Positions 35,764 through 46,039 of a stretch of 64,000 nucleotides of DNA are shown one piece after another. The notes beneath the pieces were generated by a model, which saw only the letters and a list, made by a program, of their open reading frames with translations, was not told the DNA's origin and ran no database searches. The translations under genes and the position numbers were made by a program. The stretch spans positions 220,787 to 284,786 of the forward strand of contig CAVOWV010000022.1 of NCBI GenBank assembly GCA_963700245.1. The letters are read 5' to 3'. This stretch comes from an uncultured Chloroflexia bacterium (lineage in GTDB: Bacteria > Chloroflexota > Limnocylindria > Limnocylindrales > CSP1-4). The first letter of the stretch is position 1. Every line of letters begins with the position of its first letter.

Positions 35764-37404
35764 GCGCCGGGCCCACACCTGTCGAGCGGCTGATCGAGGC
35801 CGCCGCCCCGCGGGAGCCCAAGGCGCTGGGGAGCCTCGTGGCGCGCCTCGATGCCGCAGGGCTGATCCGCGGCGCGGTCACCGCCGGCGTGCCCGCCGAT
35901 CCCGGATCCCTCTCGCGCATCGCCGTCACGGGCGTCACCGAGGATTCGCGCCGGGTGGGGGAGGGGACCCTGTTCGTCGCCGTGCCCGGGTTCCACGTGG
36001 ACGGCCACGACTACGTCGCGCGCGCGGCCGCCTCCGGTGCCGCGGCGGCCCTCGTGGAGCACCCGGTCGCCGGCACGACGCTTCCGCAGCTGGTGCTGAC
36101 CGGGACTCGACCGGCGCTCGCGCGGGCCGCGGCGTGGTGGCACGGCGATCCGTCACGCGCGGCTCGGCGTCATCGGGATCACCGGCACGGACGGCAAGAC
36201 GACCACGTCGTTCCTGGCGGTGGCCGCGCTCGAGGCGGCCGGGCTGAGCACGGGGCTCATCGGGACCGTCGAGACCAAGGTGGGCGGGGCACGGGAGCGG
36301 CACGAGGCCCACGTGACGACGCCGGGTGCCCCCGACCTCCAGGCCGCGCTGCGGGCCATGGCGGCCAACGGCAACGACGCCGCCGTCATCGAGACCACGT
36401 CCCACGCCCTGGAGCTCGAGCGCGTCGCCGGAGTGGCCTACGACGCCGCCGTGTTCACGAACCTCACCCACGAGCACCTGGAGCTGCACGGCTCGTTCGA
36501 GCGGTACCGCGCGGCGAAGGTCCGGCTGTTCGAGGCGCTCGCACCCGGGCCCGAGAACCCCTCCAAGACCGTTGCCGGCCGCCCGTGGCCCAAGCTCGCG
36601 GTGGTCAACCGTGACGACCCGTCGGCCGGGTGGTTCGAGGCCGCCGCCCGTGACGCCGGCGCAACGGTCCTGACCTACGGTGCGGATCCCGCCGCCGATG
36701 TCCGGGCAACCGCCGTGGACGAGGACGCGAGCCGCCTCCGGATCCGGTTCGCAGCCCCGTCCGGCGAAGGCGCCCTCGAGCTTCGTCTGGCCGGCCGCTT
36801 CAACGTCCACAACGCGCTGGCGGTCGTCGCCCTCGCCGAGGGGCTGGGGCTGGATCCGGTGGCGGTCCGGGCGGGCCTGGAGGCGGTCCCGGGCGTGACG
36901 GGCCGCATGGAGCGCATCGAGGCGGGCCAGCCGTTCGGGGTCATCGTGGACTACGCGCACTCACCGGCATCGCTCCAGGGCGTGCTGGACCTGCTGGCCC
37001 CGATCGCGACGGCCGCCGGCGGCGGGCTGATCGCGGTCTTCGGGTCGGGCGGTGAGCGGGACACGGCCAAGCGCGCGGTCATGGGCCGGATCGCCGGGGA
37101 GCGCTGCCGGCTGGTCGTCGCGACGGACGAGGATCCGCGCGGTGAGGACCGTCACGCCATCGTGGACGAGATCGTGCGCGGCGCGGAGTCCGCGGGCCGC
37201 CGCCGGGGCGTGGACGTGCTGGGGATCGTTGACCGACGCGAGGCCGTGACCACCGCCTTCGAGCGCGCCCGTCCTGGCGATATCGTCCTCCTCGCGGGAA
37301 AGGGTCACGAGCCCACGATCCTCTATGCGGACCACGCGATCCCCTGGGACGAGGCCACGGTGGCGCGCGAGACGCTCGCAGCCATGGGCTGGTCGGCGGG
37401 CTGA
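35760..37404 (+). CDS. murE: UDP-N-acetylmuramoyl-tripeptide synthetase MurE (one frame disruption near 36161)
   Basis: ATGA overlap with femX-2. The Mur ligase P-loop GITGTDGKTT appears after the shift into ORF 36220-37404. Other motifs: ..TSHALEL.., ..VDYAHSP.., and amino-acid specificity motif DEDPR (37126-37140). Confidence 0.88.
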
Positions 37405-37407
37405 CCG

Positions 37408-38128
37408 GTGCGTGGCTGCCTGTTCACGCTGCTGCTCGGCGCCATCGTCATCGGGTTCGTGATCGTGGTCGGCCTGCCGGCGGCGGCGGCCGGCATCCTG
37501 ACCGCAGGGCTCTCGACGGCGGGTCTCGTCGCCGACGACACCACCGTCACGGTCACGAGCGACCCGCCGACCGACTTCCTCGGCCTGCGAGCGGACCGGG
37601 TTCGGGTCACCGCCACGGATGCCACGTTCCGGGGCATGGAGATCGGTGCCCTCGACCTCGCCCTCGGTGACGTGCGGATCCTCGACCGCACGGCCGGGAG
37701 CGTTGACGGGCAGCTCACCGCTGTCACGGTGACGGGTCCCGGTGGACAGCGGATCACCATCGACCAGATCACGCTCCTCGGCGGCCCGGACGGGATCACC
37801 ACGACCACCGTCATCCCCAACGGCGAGGTCAAGGCCCTCATCGCGGACGCGATCGAGGCCCGGACCGGCTCCCGCCCGACGTCGGTGTCGCTGCGTGCGC
37901 CCGACAGGGTCTCGTTCACCCTCGGCGATGCCAAGGTGGCCGGCCGCTTCGCGGTGACTCCCGGATGGCGACCTTGTCGTCAGGAGCGACGAAGGGCTCG
38001 CCGGAGGGCGCGAGGTCATGCTGGTCCGCGGCGGGGACGACCTGCCCATCGAGCTGACGTCCGTGAAGGTGACGGCGTCCGGCGGTCTGCGGCTGACCGG
38101 CGACCTCGCTGTCGGCATCCTGGGCTGA
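37408..38128 (+). CDS. Membrane-anchored hypothetical protein (possibly DUF2993/LmeA-like; one frame disruption near 37962)
   Basis: GTG start 4 nt after the murE stop. N-terminal TM helix, then a beta-rich body. A plausible C-terminus (PDGDLVVRSDEGLAGGREVMLVRGG..LTGDLAVGILG*) lies in the neighbouring frame and ends at TGA 38126-38128. Confidence 0.5.
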
Positions 38129-38154
38129 CCCGCGAGCACCCCGTGCGCACCGGG

Positions 38155-38160
38155 TAGACT
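38155..38160 (+). promoter_or_regulatory. Putative -10 box (TAGACT), 7 nt before the relA ATG (leaderless layout)
   Basis: The layout is TAGACT-ctcgccc-ATG(38168) with no Shine-Dalgarno. Confidence 0.45.
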
Positions 38161-38167
38161 CTCGCCC

Positions 38168-40444
38168 ATGCCGGAGCCTGTCGTCCGCGATCCCGAGGTT
38201 CCCGTCGCGGGGCCTGGTCCCTCCACGGGCAGGCGGGGGGCAAAGGCGGCCGCTCCCGCCGCGGAGCGTGGTCCGGCCGGCCTTGCGGACGTCCCGTTCG
38301 ACCCTGCCCCGTCCCGCGCCCGGCTCCTGGCCGCGTTGCGGACGTCCCACCCGCAGGCGGACCTGGGCATGGTGGAGCAGGCATTCGACCTCGCCGTCGA
38401 GGCCCACAGCATGCAGGTTCGGGCCTCCGGCGAGCCGTACGTCACGCATCCGATCGCGTCCGCCCAGATCCTCGCCGAGCTGGGGATCGATCCGGTCGCC
38501 GTCGCGGCCGCCCTCCTCCACGACGTCCCGGAGGATACGGAGTACAGCCTCGCCGACGTCGAGGAGCGCTTTGGGTCCGAGGTGGCCCACATGGTCGACG
38601 GCGTCACGAAGCTGTCCAAGTTCAGCACCCACAGCCACGAGCAGCGACAGGCCGAGAGCATCCGGAAGATGTTCCTGGCGATGGCCGACGACATCCGGGT
38701 CGTGCTCATCAAGCTCGCCGACCGGCTCCACAACATGCGCACGCTGTCCTACCTCAAGCCCGAGAAGCAGCAGCGCATCGCCCGCCAGACGATGGAGATC
38801 TACGCGCCGCTGGCGGAGCGGCTCGGGATCTGGCAGATCAAGTGGGAGCTGGAGGACCTCGCGTTCAAGGTCCTGGAGCCCGAGGCGTTCCGGGAGCTGG
38901 CCAAGCTGCTCGACACCCGGCGCGCGGGACGCGAGGACTACATCGATCGGGCGATCGAGGAGCTCCGGCCCCGACTCGAGGCAGCGGGCATCGTCGGCGA
39001 GCTGCAGGGCCGTCCGAAGCACATCTACAGCATCTGGAAGAAGATGCAGCGCAAGAGCGCGGAGTTCGGCGAGATCTACGACGTCTACGCGATCCGCCTC
39101 CTGGTCGACGAGATCCGCGACTGCTACGCGGCCCTGGGCATCGTCCACGCCCTGTGGCGCCCGATCCCCGGCCAGTTCGACGACTACATCGCCGTCCCCA
39201 AGAACAACCTGTACCAGTCGCTGCACACGGCCGTGATCGCGCTCGACGGCAAGCCGCTCGAGATCCAGATCCGGACGCACGCGATGCACCAGGTGTCGGA
39301 GGTCGGCATCGCGGCGCACTGGCGCTACAAGGAGGGCTCCAAGGCGGAGCGCGACTACGACGCGAAGCTCGCCTGGCTGCGCCAGCTGATGGAGTGGCAG
39401 CGCGACGTCAGCGAGTCGGACGCCACGGAGTTCGTCGAGGGCATCAAGCTCGACATCTTCCAGGACCAGGTGTTCGTGTTCACCCCGAGAGGGGACGTCA
39501 AGGACCTGCCCGCCGGCGCCACGCCACTCGACTTCGCCTACCGGATCCACACGGACATCGGCCATCGGACGATCGGCGCGAAGGTCAACAACCGCCTGGT
39601 CCCGCTCGACTACCGGCTCAAGAACGGCGACATCGTCGAGATCGTGACCACCAAGGGCGAGCACGGCCCGTCCCGAGACTGGCTGAACATCGTCCGGACA
39701 TCCCACGCCCGCGAGAAGATCCGGCAGTGGTTCAAGAAGAAGGACCGCGCGGAGAACATCGTCCACGGCCGCGAGAACCTCGAGCGCGAGCTTCGCAGGC
39801 TCGCGAGGACCAGCATCCAGGCGATCGGCCACGAGCGCATCGTCGACGTCGCCCGGCTCTACCAGCACGACACGCTCGATGACTTCTATGCCGCCATCGG
39901 CTACGGAGCGATCTCGCCCCAGCAGGTCGTGATGCGCCTGGGGGTCCTGGACGACGGTCACAGCGCCCTGCCGACGGTCGCGCCCCAGCAGCCCGCCCGG
40001 ACCGGTGGCGTCCGCGTCAAGGGCGTGGGCGACCTGCTGGTGCGCTTTGCCAAGTGCTGCCACCCGATCCCGGGCGACCCCATCGCCGGGTTCATCACCC
40101 GCGGCAAGGGGATCACGGTGCATCTCCGGTCCTGCCCGACGGTCCACAACGAGCGCGAGGTCACCCGCCTGATCGAGGTCGAGTGGGAATCGGCACCCGC
40201 GCAGACCTACCCGATCGCGATCCGGGTCGAGGCCTACGACCGGACGGGCCTGCTCTCCGACATCACCCAGGTCATGGCCGAGAACAGGGTCAACATCCTG
40301 GCCGCGAACATGGGCGTGACCCCGGACCACACGGCGGTGGTCACGATGACGCTCCAGGTCGCGTCGGTCGCCCAGCTGGCCAAGGTGATGGGCCGCGTGG
40401 AGCAGCTCAAGGACGTGCTCAGCGTCCAGCGGGAGCTGAGCTAG
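38168..40444 (+). CDS. relA: Bifunctional (p)ppGpp synthetase/hydrolase (RelA/SpoT homolog)
   Basis: 758-aa intact ORF. HD hydrolase domain (HPIASAQIL..LLHDVPED), synthetase domain (GRPKHIYSIWKKM..DVYAIRLL), TGS domain (VFVFTPRGDVKDLPAGATPLDFAY) and a C-terminal ACT domain. Confidence 0.95.
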   Translation: MPEPVVRDPEVPVAGPGPSTGRRGAKAAAPAAERGPAGLADVPFDPAPSRARLLAALRTSHPQADLGMVEQAFDLAVEAHSMQVRASGEPYVTHPIASAQILAELGIDPVAVAAALLHDVPEDTEYSLADVEERFGSEVAHMVDGVTKLSKFSTHSHEQRQAESIRKMFLAMADDIRVVLIKLADRLHNMRTLSYLKPEKQQRIARQTMEIYAPLAERLGIWQIKWELEDLAFKVLEPEAFRELAKLLDTRRAGREDYIDRAIEELRPRLEAAGIVGELQGRPKHIYSIWKKMQRKSAEFGEIYDVYAIRLLVDEIRDCYAALGIVHALWRPIPGQFDDYIAVPKNNLYQSLHTAVIALDGKPLEIQIRTHAMHQVSEVGIAAHWRYKEGSKAERDYDAKLAWLRQLMEWQRDVSESDATEFVEGIKLDIFQDQVFVFTPRGDVKDLPAGATPLDFAYRIHTDIGHRTIGAKVNNRLVPLDYRLKNGDIVEIVTTKGEHGPSRDWLNIVRTSHAREKIRQWFKKKDRAENIVHGRENLERELRRLARTSIQAIGHERIVDVARLYQHDTLDDFYAAIGYGAISPQQVVMRLGVLDDGHSALPTVAPQQPARTGGVRVKGVGDLLVRFAKCCHPIPGDPIAGFITRGKGITVHLRSCPTVHNEREVTRLIEVEWESAPAQTYPIAIRVEAYDRTGLLSDITQVMAENRVNILAANMGVTPDHTAVVTMTLQVASVAQLAKVMGRVEQLKDVLSVQRELS

Positions 40445-41790
40445 CCGCCGCCTCCGGGCGCTGCCGGTGCCCCGCCCGATGCAGGCTGACGCGTCGGTCC
40501 GCCCGGGGCGAACAGGGCCGCGCCACGGATTCGCCGCAGCCAGGCGAGCGACAGCGAGCCGACCACGAGGCAGCCGACCCCGCCGACGACCAGGGACGCC
40601 TCGACGCTGACCGCAGAGGCGATCCAGCCCATCAGCAGGCCACCGAGCGGCGTGGAGCCCACGAAGACGGTGGTGTAGACGCTGATCACCCGTCCGCGCA
40701 GCTCGTCGGGGACGGCCAGCTGGATCGTGGTGTTGGCGGTCGCGGCCATGCCGATGGCACCGAAACCGACGAACAGCATCGCCACCAGGGCGAAGGCGTA
40801 GACGTCGATGAACGCGGCGGCGACCAGGGCCGCGCCAAGGATCAGGGCACCGAGGGGTACGACGACCGGCCTCGAGCGCCCGGAGAATGCGATCAGGAGG
40901 GCGGCCGTCAGCGAACCGATCCCGGTCGCGGTCATCAGGAAGCCGTAGCCGGTGGCGTCGGTGTTCAGGACCTCGCGCGCGAGGGCCGGGATGGTCACGC
41001 CGAAGTTCATCCCGAGGATCGCCGCCACTCCCACGGTCGCGGTCACCAGCAGCACGAGCTCCGTGCGGCGGACGTAGCGCAGACCCTCCCCGAGGCTGAC
41101 ACCCACCTCGCGCACGGAGCGCGGGCGGGGGAGCGGGGGCGGGGTCCGCAGCTCGGACTGGCGCATCGCGGCATAGGCCGCGATCACCGCGGCGAAGCTG
41201 AGGCCGTTGAGCAGGAACGCGACGCTCACGTCACCCCCGAAGAAGCCGATCGTGAGGCCCGCGATCGCGGGGCCGACGACGCGCGAGCCGTTGAACACGG
41301 CGGCGTTGAGCGCGATCGCGTTGGCGACGTCCTCGCGCCCGACCATCTCCACCGTGAAGGCCTGGCGGGTGGGCATGTCCACGGCGTTCGTGACGCCCAG
41401 GAGCAGGGCGAGGACGAGGATCTGCCACACCTCGACGGTGTCCGTGACGGTGAGCCCGAACAGGACGAACGCCAGCACCATCTGGATGGTCTGGGTCACC
41501 ATCAGGGTCTGCCGTTTGGGCAGCGCGTCCGCGATCAGCCCCCCGAACAGGCCCAGGATCAGCACCGGCAGGAAGGCGAGTGCCGCCACCAGGCCGAGGA
41601 CGAACGGGTCGCCGGTGAGGTCGAGGACGAGCCAGGCCTGGGCGACCTGCTGCATCCAGGTGCCGATGAGCGACACGAGCAGGCCCACGAAGAACAGCCG
41701 GTAGTTGTGGTGGCGGAAGGCGCGGCCGCCGTTGCGCAGCCTGAACCCGGAGCGGGCGGCGGGCAGACCCCGCTCGGGGTCGCGGATCAC
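40441..41790 (-). CDS. MFS transporter (EntS/DUF894-like, 12 TM)
   Basis: 449-aa ORF. Sequence ..FRHHNYRLFFVGLLVSLIGTWMQQVAQAWLVL.. is typical of this MFS subgroup. Its stop shares the palindrome CTAG (40441-40444) with the relA stop. Confidence 0.85.
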   Translation of the reverse strand: MIRDPERGLPAARSGFRLRNGGRAFRHHNYRLFFVGLLVSLIGTWMQQVAQAWLVLDLTGDPFVLGLVAALAFLPVLILGLFGGLIADALPKRQTLMVTQTIQMVLAFVLFGLTVTDTVEVWQILVLALLLGVTNAVDMPTRQAFTVEMVGREDVANAIALNAAVFNGSRVVGPAIAGLTIGFFGGDVSVAFLLNGLSFAAVIAAYAAMRQSELRTPPPLPRPRSVREVGVSLGEGLRYVRRTELVLLVTATVGVAAILGMNFGVTIPALAREVLNTDATGYGFLMTATGIGSLTAALLIAFSGRSRPVVVPLGALILGAALVAAAFIDVYAFALVAMLFVGFGAIGMAATANTTIQLAVPDELRGRVISVYTTVFVGSTPLGGLLMGWIASAVSVEASLVVGGVGCLVVGSLSLAWLRRIRGAALFAPGGPTRQPASGGAPAAPGGGG

Positions 41791-42293
41791 GACGTGGCCC
41801 CGGGACGCGCCGCGGCCGACGCCTGGGGCGCATGGTCCGGCTCGCGCCCGGCCTCGAGGTCCGCCAGGTGCCCGGCGAGGTGCGCACGCCGATCCTCGGC
41901 CTCGGCGACCATGGCCTCCAGCCGGGCGATCTTGGTGCGCAGAGTGGCGACCTGCCGGTCCACGGTGACCAACGCCTCGGTCACGATGCGCCGCCGCTCG
42001 CCGGGATCCGTCGTCGTGCGGAAGCGGGCTCGATTGCGCGCCCGTGCCGTCTCCTCCTCGAGCAGCAGGCCGATCTCGGCGAGCGAGAAGCCGGCGTCGT
42101 CACGCAGCCCTCGGATGAAGCGGAGGCGCTCGAGGTCCTCCGCGTCATACAGGCGATAGGCGCCCTCCGATCGGGCGGCAGGGGCGAGCAGCCCCAGCTC
42201 CTCGTAGTAGCGGATGGCCCGCGGCGTGAGCCCGGTCTCGGCCGCGACCTCCTGGATGCGGAGCAGGCGGGGTTCGGCGGCGGTCTCGGTCAC
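41787..42293 (-). CDS. MerR-family transcriptional regulator
   Basis: HTH motif IQEVAAETGLTPRAIRYYEELGLL, followed by a coiled-coil. It overlaps the downstream MFS start by 4 nt. Confidence 0.88.
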   Translation of the reverse strand: MTETAAEPRLLRIQEVAAETGLTPRAIRYYEELGLLAPAARSEGAYRLYDAEDLERLRFIRGLRDDAGFSLAEIGLLLEEETARARNRARFRTTTDPGERRRIVTEALVTVDRQVATLRTKIARLEAMVAEAEDRRAHLAGHLADLEAGREPDHAPQASAAARPGATS

Positions 42294-42299
42294 CCGCCC

Positions 42300-42305
42300 A
42301 GTCTA
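42300..42305 (-). promoter_or_regulatory. Putative -10 box (TAGACT on the minus strand), 6 nt before the merR GTG (leaderless layout)
   Basis: On the minus strand the layout is TAGACT-gggcgg-GTG(42293). Confidence 0.4.
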
Positions 42306-42317
42306 GGCGAACCTTGC

Positions 42318-42331
42318 CGTTCACGTGAACG
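42318..42331. promoter_or_regulatory. Perfect 14-bp palindrome CGTTCACGTGAACG, a candidate MerR operator
   Basis: It lies 25-38 nt upstream of the merR start, in the merR/DUF202 divergent intergenic region, and overlaps the expected -35/spacer of the merR promoter. Confidence 0.5.
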
Positions 42332-42373
42332 TTGCGGGGCGCCGCGGCTGGAGGGACGCCCCGGATCACGCGC

Positions 42374-42379
42374 TATGCT
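42374..42379 (+). promoter_or_regulatory. Putative -10 box (TATGCT), 6 nt before the DUF202 GTG (leaderless layout)
   Basis: The layout is TATGCT-cgctcc-GTG(42386). Confidence 0.4.
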
Positions 42380-42385
42380 CGCTCC

Positions 42386-42736
42386 GTGAGCGTCGATCCC
42401 GACTCCCGCGCGCGCACCCACCTCGCCAACGAGCGCACGTTCCTGGCCTGGTTCCGGACAGGCATCACGCTCGTCGCCCTCGGCCTTGCCGCCGCCCAGT
42501 TCCTTGGCTCGGACGCGCCCGATGGGCCGCAGCTCGTCCACGTCCTGGCGACCGTGGTGATCGTGACGGGTGGCTTCGTGGTCGCGGTGGGGATGACCCG
42601 CTACCGGGAGGGTCGCCGCCGGATCGACGCCGAGGCGTTCAGCCCCGCCTGGCGCTCGGTGACGGTGATGACCGGTGCGGCCCTCGCGGTCACCGCGCTG
42701 GCGATCGCGTTCGTCTGGCTCCTGCGCCCGGCCTGA
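42386..42736 (+). CDS. DUF202 (YidH-like) small membrane protein
   Basis: ORF trimmed to the GTG at 42386. It has the signature ANERTFLAWFRTG followed by 3 TM helices. Confidence 0.75.
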   Translation: MSVDPDSRARTHLANERTFLAWFRTGITLVALGLAAAQFLGSDAPDGPQLVHVLATVVIVTGGFVVAVGMTRYREGRRRIDAEAFSPAWRSVTVMTGAALAVTALAIAFVWLLRPA

Positions 42737-42769
42737 CCCCGCGCGCCTCACCGGCACCCGGCGGACGGC

Positions 42770-42775
42770 TAGACT
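42770..42775 (+). promoter_or_regulatory. Putative -10 box (TAGACT) upstream of hisS
   Basis: The layout is TAGACT-N8-ATG(42784) with no Shine-Dalgarno. Confidence 0.35.
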
Positions 42776-42783
42776 TCGGGGCG

Positions 42784-44075
42784 ATGCCGACCTTCCGCGC
42801 CCCCCGGGGCACCCGTGACCTCCTGCCCGACGAGCGCGCCGTCTTCGACCGGTTGCAGCGGATCGCCGCCCACCTGGCCGCCCGCTACGGCTACCGTCCG
42901 ATCGAGACGCCGCTGTTCGAGCAGGCGGCGGTCTTCGAGCGCGGCATTGGCGAGGTCACCGATGTCGTCGAGAAGGAGCTGTTCCGGCTGGCCCCGCGCA
43001 CGGAGGAGTCGGAGGCATGGGCCCTGCGCCCGGAGCCCACGGCGGGCATCGTCCGGGCCTACGTCCAGCACGGGATGCAGACCTGGCCCCAGCCCGTGAA
43101 GCTGACGACGACCGGCCCGATGTTCCGCTACGACCGCCCGCAGGCCGGTCGCTACCGCCAGTTCTGGCAGTTCGACGTGGAGGCCATCGGCGACCCGGGC
43201 CCGGCGGTCGACGCGGAGATCATCGAGCTCGGCACGCGGTTCTACGCCGAGGCCGGCGTGACCGGCGTGGAGGTGCTCGTCAACTCGATCGGCGACCCCG
43301 TGTGCCGACCGGCCTACCTCGCGGAGCTGGCGGACTACTACCGCGGCCAGGCCGGGGCGCTCCCGCCCACGGAGCTCGACCGCCTCGAGCGCAACGTGAT
43401 GCGGCTCCTGGACTCCAAGGACCCGGCGATGGCGGAGCTCAACGCCGCGGCGCCGCGGATCACGGACCGGCTGTGCGAGGCCTGCGCGTCGCACTTCGAG
43501 TCGGTCAAGGCCCACCTCTCCGCGCTCGGCGTGCCGTTCCGCGTGGAGCCATCCCTCGTCCGGGGCCTGGATTACTACACGCGCACCGCGTTCGAGTACT
43601 ACGTCGCGGGGCGCGAGGGCCAGCAGCAGGCGCTGGGCGGCGGAGGGCGCTACGACGGCCTCGTCGAGCTGCTGGGCGGGAAGCCGACGCCCGGGATCGG
43701 GTTCGGACTCGGGCTGGACCGGGTGGCGCTCGTCCTCGCCGAGCAGGGCGGCGGCGCCAGCCGTCGCGCCCGAGGGACCGCTCGCGGTGGTCGTCGGCGC
43801 GGACCCCGAGGACACGATCTCCCGGCTCCGGATCGCCACCGACCTGCGCGCGGCCGGGCTGCGGGCGCGGGCCGATCTCGCACGCCGGAAGCTGGGCCGC
43901 CAGCTGGAGGCCGCCGGCAAGGACGGGGCCCACTTCGCGGTGATCGTGGGCGACGAGCTGGCCGCAGGGAAACGTCCAGCTGCGCGACCTGCTGGCGGGA
44001 ACGCAGCAAGCGGTCGCCGTCGCGGACCTCGCACGCGACCTCGCCCGCGCGGAGCAGAGCCACAAGCACGGCTGA
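42784..44075 (+). CDS. hisS: Histidine--tRNA ligase (two frame disruptions near 43758 and 43970)
   Basis: Starts [15 protein letters not shown]. Motif 2 [18 protein letters not shown], motif 3 GGGGRYDGL. The anticodon-binding domain continues in the frame of ORF 43787 ([23 protein letters not shown]). The end ([19 protein letters not shown]) is in a third frame, with TGA at 44073-44075. Confidence 0.88.
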
Positions 44076-44158
44076 CGCGACCGGGACGTGGGCGGCCTCT
44101 GCGCCGCGTGACGTACCATGGGCGCCCGTCGCAGACCCGTAGTGGGAGAGCCCTGTCC

Positions 44159-46031
44159 GTGCCCGCCGAACCGTTCCCGCTCGCCACGCCCCACCGCACC
44201 CACACCTGCGGCGACCTGCGCGATGCGGACGCCGGCAAGCCGGTCAAGCTCGCGGGCTGGGTCCATCGCCGGCGGGACTACGGCAAGCTGGTCTTCATCG
44301 ACCTGCGCGATCGCCACGGCATCACCCAGGTGGTCGTCGACGCGGCCGACGCACCCGAGGCGCACGATCTCGCGGAGCAGGTCCGCTCCGAGTACGTGAT
44401 CACGGTGGAGGGCACCGTCGCCCACCGGGAGCCCGGCCAGGAGAATGCGAGGCTCGCGACTGGCGACGTCGAGGTCCAGGCGACGAAGGTGACGATCCTC
44501 AACGAGGCGAGGACACCGCCGTTCTACGTCAACGACCCGGATGCGACCATCGACGAGAGCCTCCGCCTCAAGTACCGCTACCTCGACATCCGCCGCGAGG
44601 CGATGCAGCGCCGCCTGCTGCTGCGCTCCCGGCTGGTCCAGGCCATCCGCGAGGTCCACCACGCCGCGGGGTTCGTGGAGGTCGAGACGCCCAACCTGAT
44701 CAAGAGCACCCCGGAGGGGGCGCGTGACTTCATCGTGCCCTCGAGGCTCCAGCCGGGCGCCGTCTACGCCCTCCCGCAGAGCCCGCAGCAGCTCAAGCAG
44801 CTGCTCATGGTCGCCGGCATCGACCGCTACTTCCAGATCGCCCGCTGCTTCCGCGACGAGGACCTCCGCGGCGACCGCCAGCCGGAGTTCACCCAGCTCG
44901 ACCTCGAGATGAGCTTCGTGGACGAGGCCACGGTGATGGCCTTCATCGAGCACATGGTGATCGAGGTCACCCGGGCCACCGTCCCCGGACCGCCCGATCC
45001 GCGAGATCCCGTTCCCGGTGTTCGAGTACGAGGACGCGATGGAGCGCTTCGGCTCGGACAAGCCGGACCTGCGGTTCGCGATGGAGCTGTTCGACCTGGC
45101 GCCGGCGCTCACCGGCCCGGACGGCGTCCCGGCCAGCGGCTTCCGGGTGTTCGACGAGACCCTCGCCGCCGGCAACCGCGTCAAGGGGATCACGGCGCCC
45201 GGCATGGCGCACGCGACCCGCCGCGAGATCGACGAGCTGACCGAGATGGTCAAGCGGTTCGGCGCACGCGGTCTCGTCCACCTCGCGGTGCAGGAGGACG
45301 GCGAGCTGCACGGCCCGATCGCCAAGTTCCTGGCGCCCGACACCCAGGCCGCGGTCAGGGCCGTCGCGGGAGCCGCCGAGGGCGACCTGGTCCTGGTCGT
45401 CGCCGACGTGAGCGACACGGCCAACGACGTCCTCGGCCGGCTGCGCGTCGAGCTGGGCGGCCGCCTTGGTCTGGCGGACCCCGACGAGCTCGCCTACTGC
45501 TGGGTGCACCACTTCCCGATGTACCAGTGGGACGAGCCGTTCCAGCGCTGGGACGCGACGCATAACCCGTTCAGCGGCGTCGTCCCCGAGGACGAGGTCC
45601 TGCTCACGACCGCCTCGGGCGATCTCGACGATCGCTCGCCCGAGGATCCCGCCGGTCGCGCGAAGGCGATGCAGTACGACGTCGCCCTCAACGGCTGGGA
45701 GCTGGGCGGAGGCTCGGTCCGCATCTGGAAGCCGGATCTGCTCGCCCGGAGCTTCAACCTGCAGGGCTACACGCGGGAGCAGATGCGGGAGCGCTTCGGC
45801 GCGATGCTGGAGGCCTTCGAGTACGGCGCGCCGCCCCACGGCGGCATCGCGCTCGGCGTGGACCGCTGGGCGGCGCTGCTGAGCTACCAGACGAACATCC
45901 GCGAGGTGATGGCGTTCCCCAAGACCCAGTCGGGATCCGACCTGATGCTCGAGGCGCCGTCGGCGCCGGACGAGGACCAGTACGCGGAGCTCGGGCTGCG
46001 CTTCGTTGGGGTGCCAGGCAAGCCCGGCTGA
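44159..46031 (+). CDS. aspS: Aspartate--tRNA ligase (one frame disruption near 44986)
   Basis: GTG start at 44159, 8 nt after a GGGAGAG. OB-fold domain ([24 protein letters not shown]), motif 2 [20 protein letters not shown]. After the shift, ORF 45018-46031 carries [19 protein letters not shown] and motif 3 [10 protein letters not shown]. Confidence 0.9.
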
Positions 46032-46039
46032 TCGCGGGA

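Noticed and set aside
37916-42159. An 804-aa minus-strand ORF opposite relA, and a 701-aa plus-strand ORF (40054-42159) opposite the MFS and merR genes.
   Set aside because: Both are antisense to strongly supported genes and translate to D/R/G/H/E-rich low-complexity sequence.
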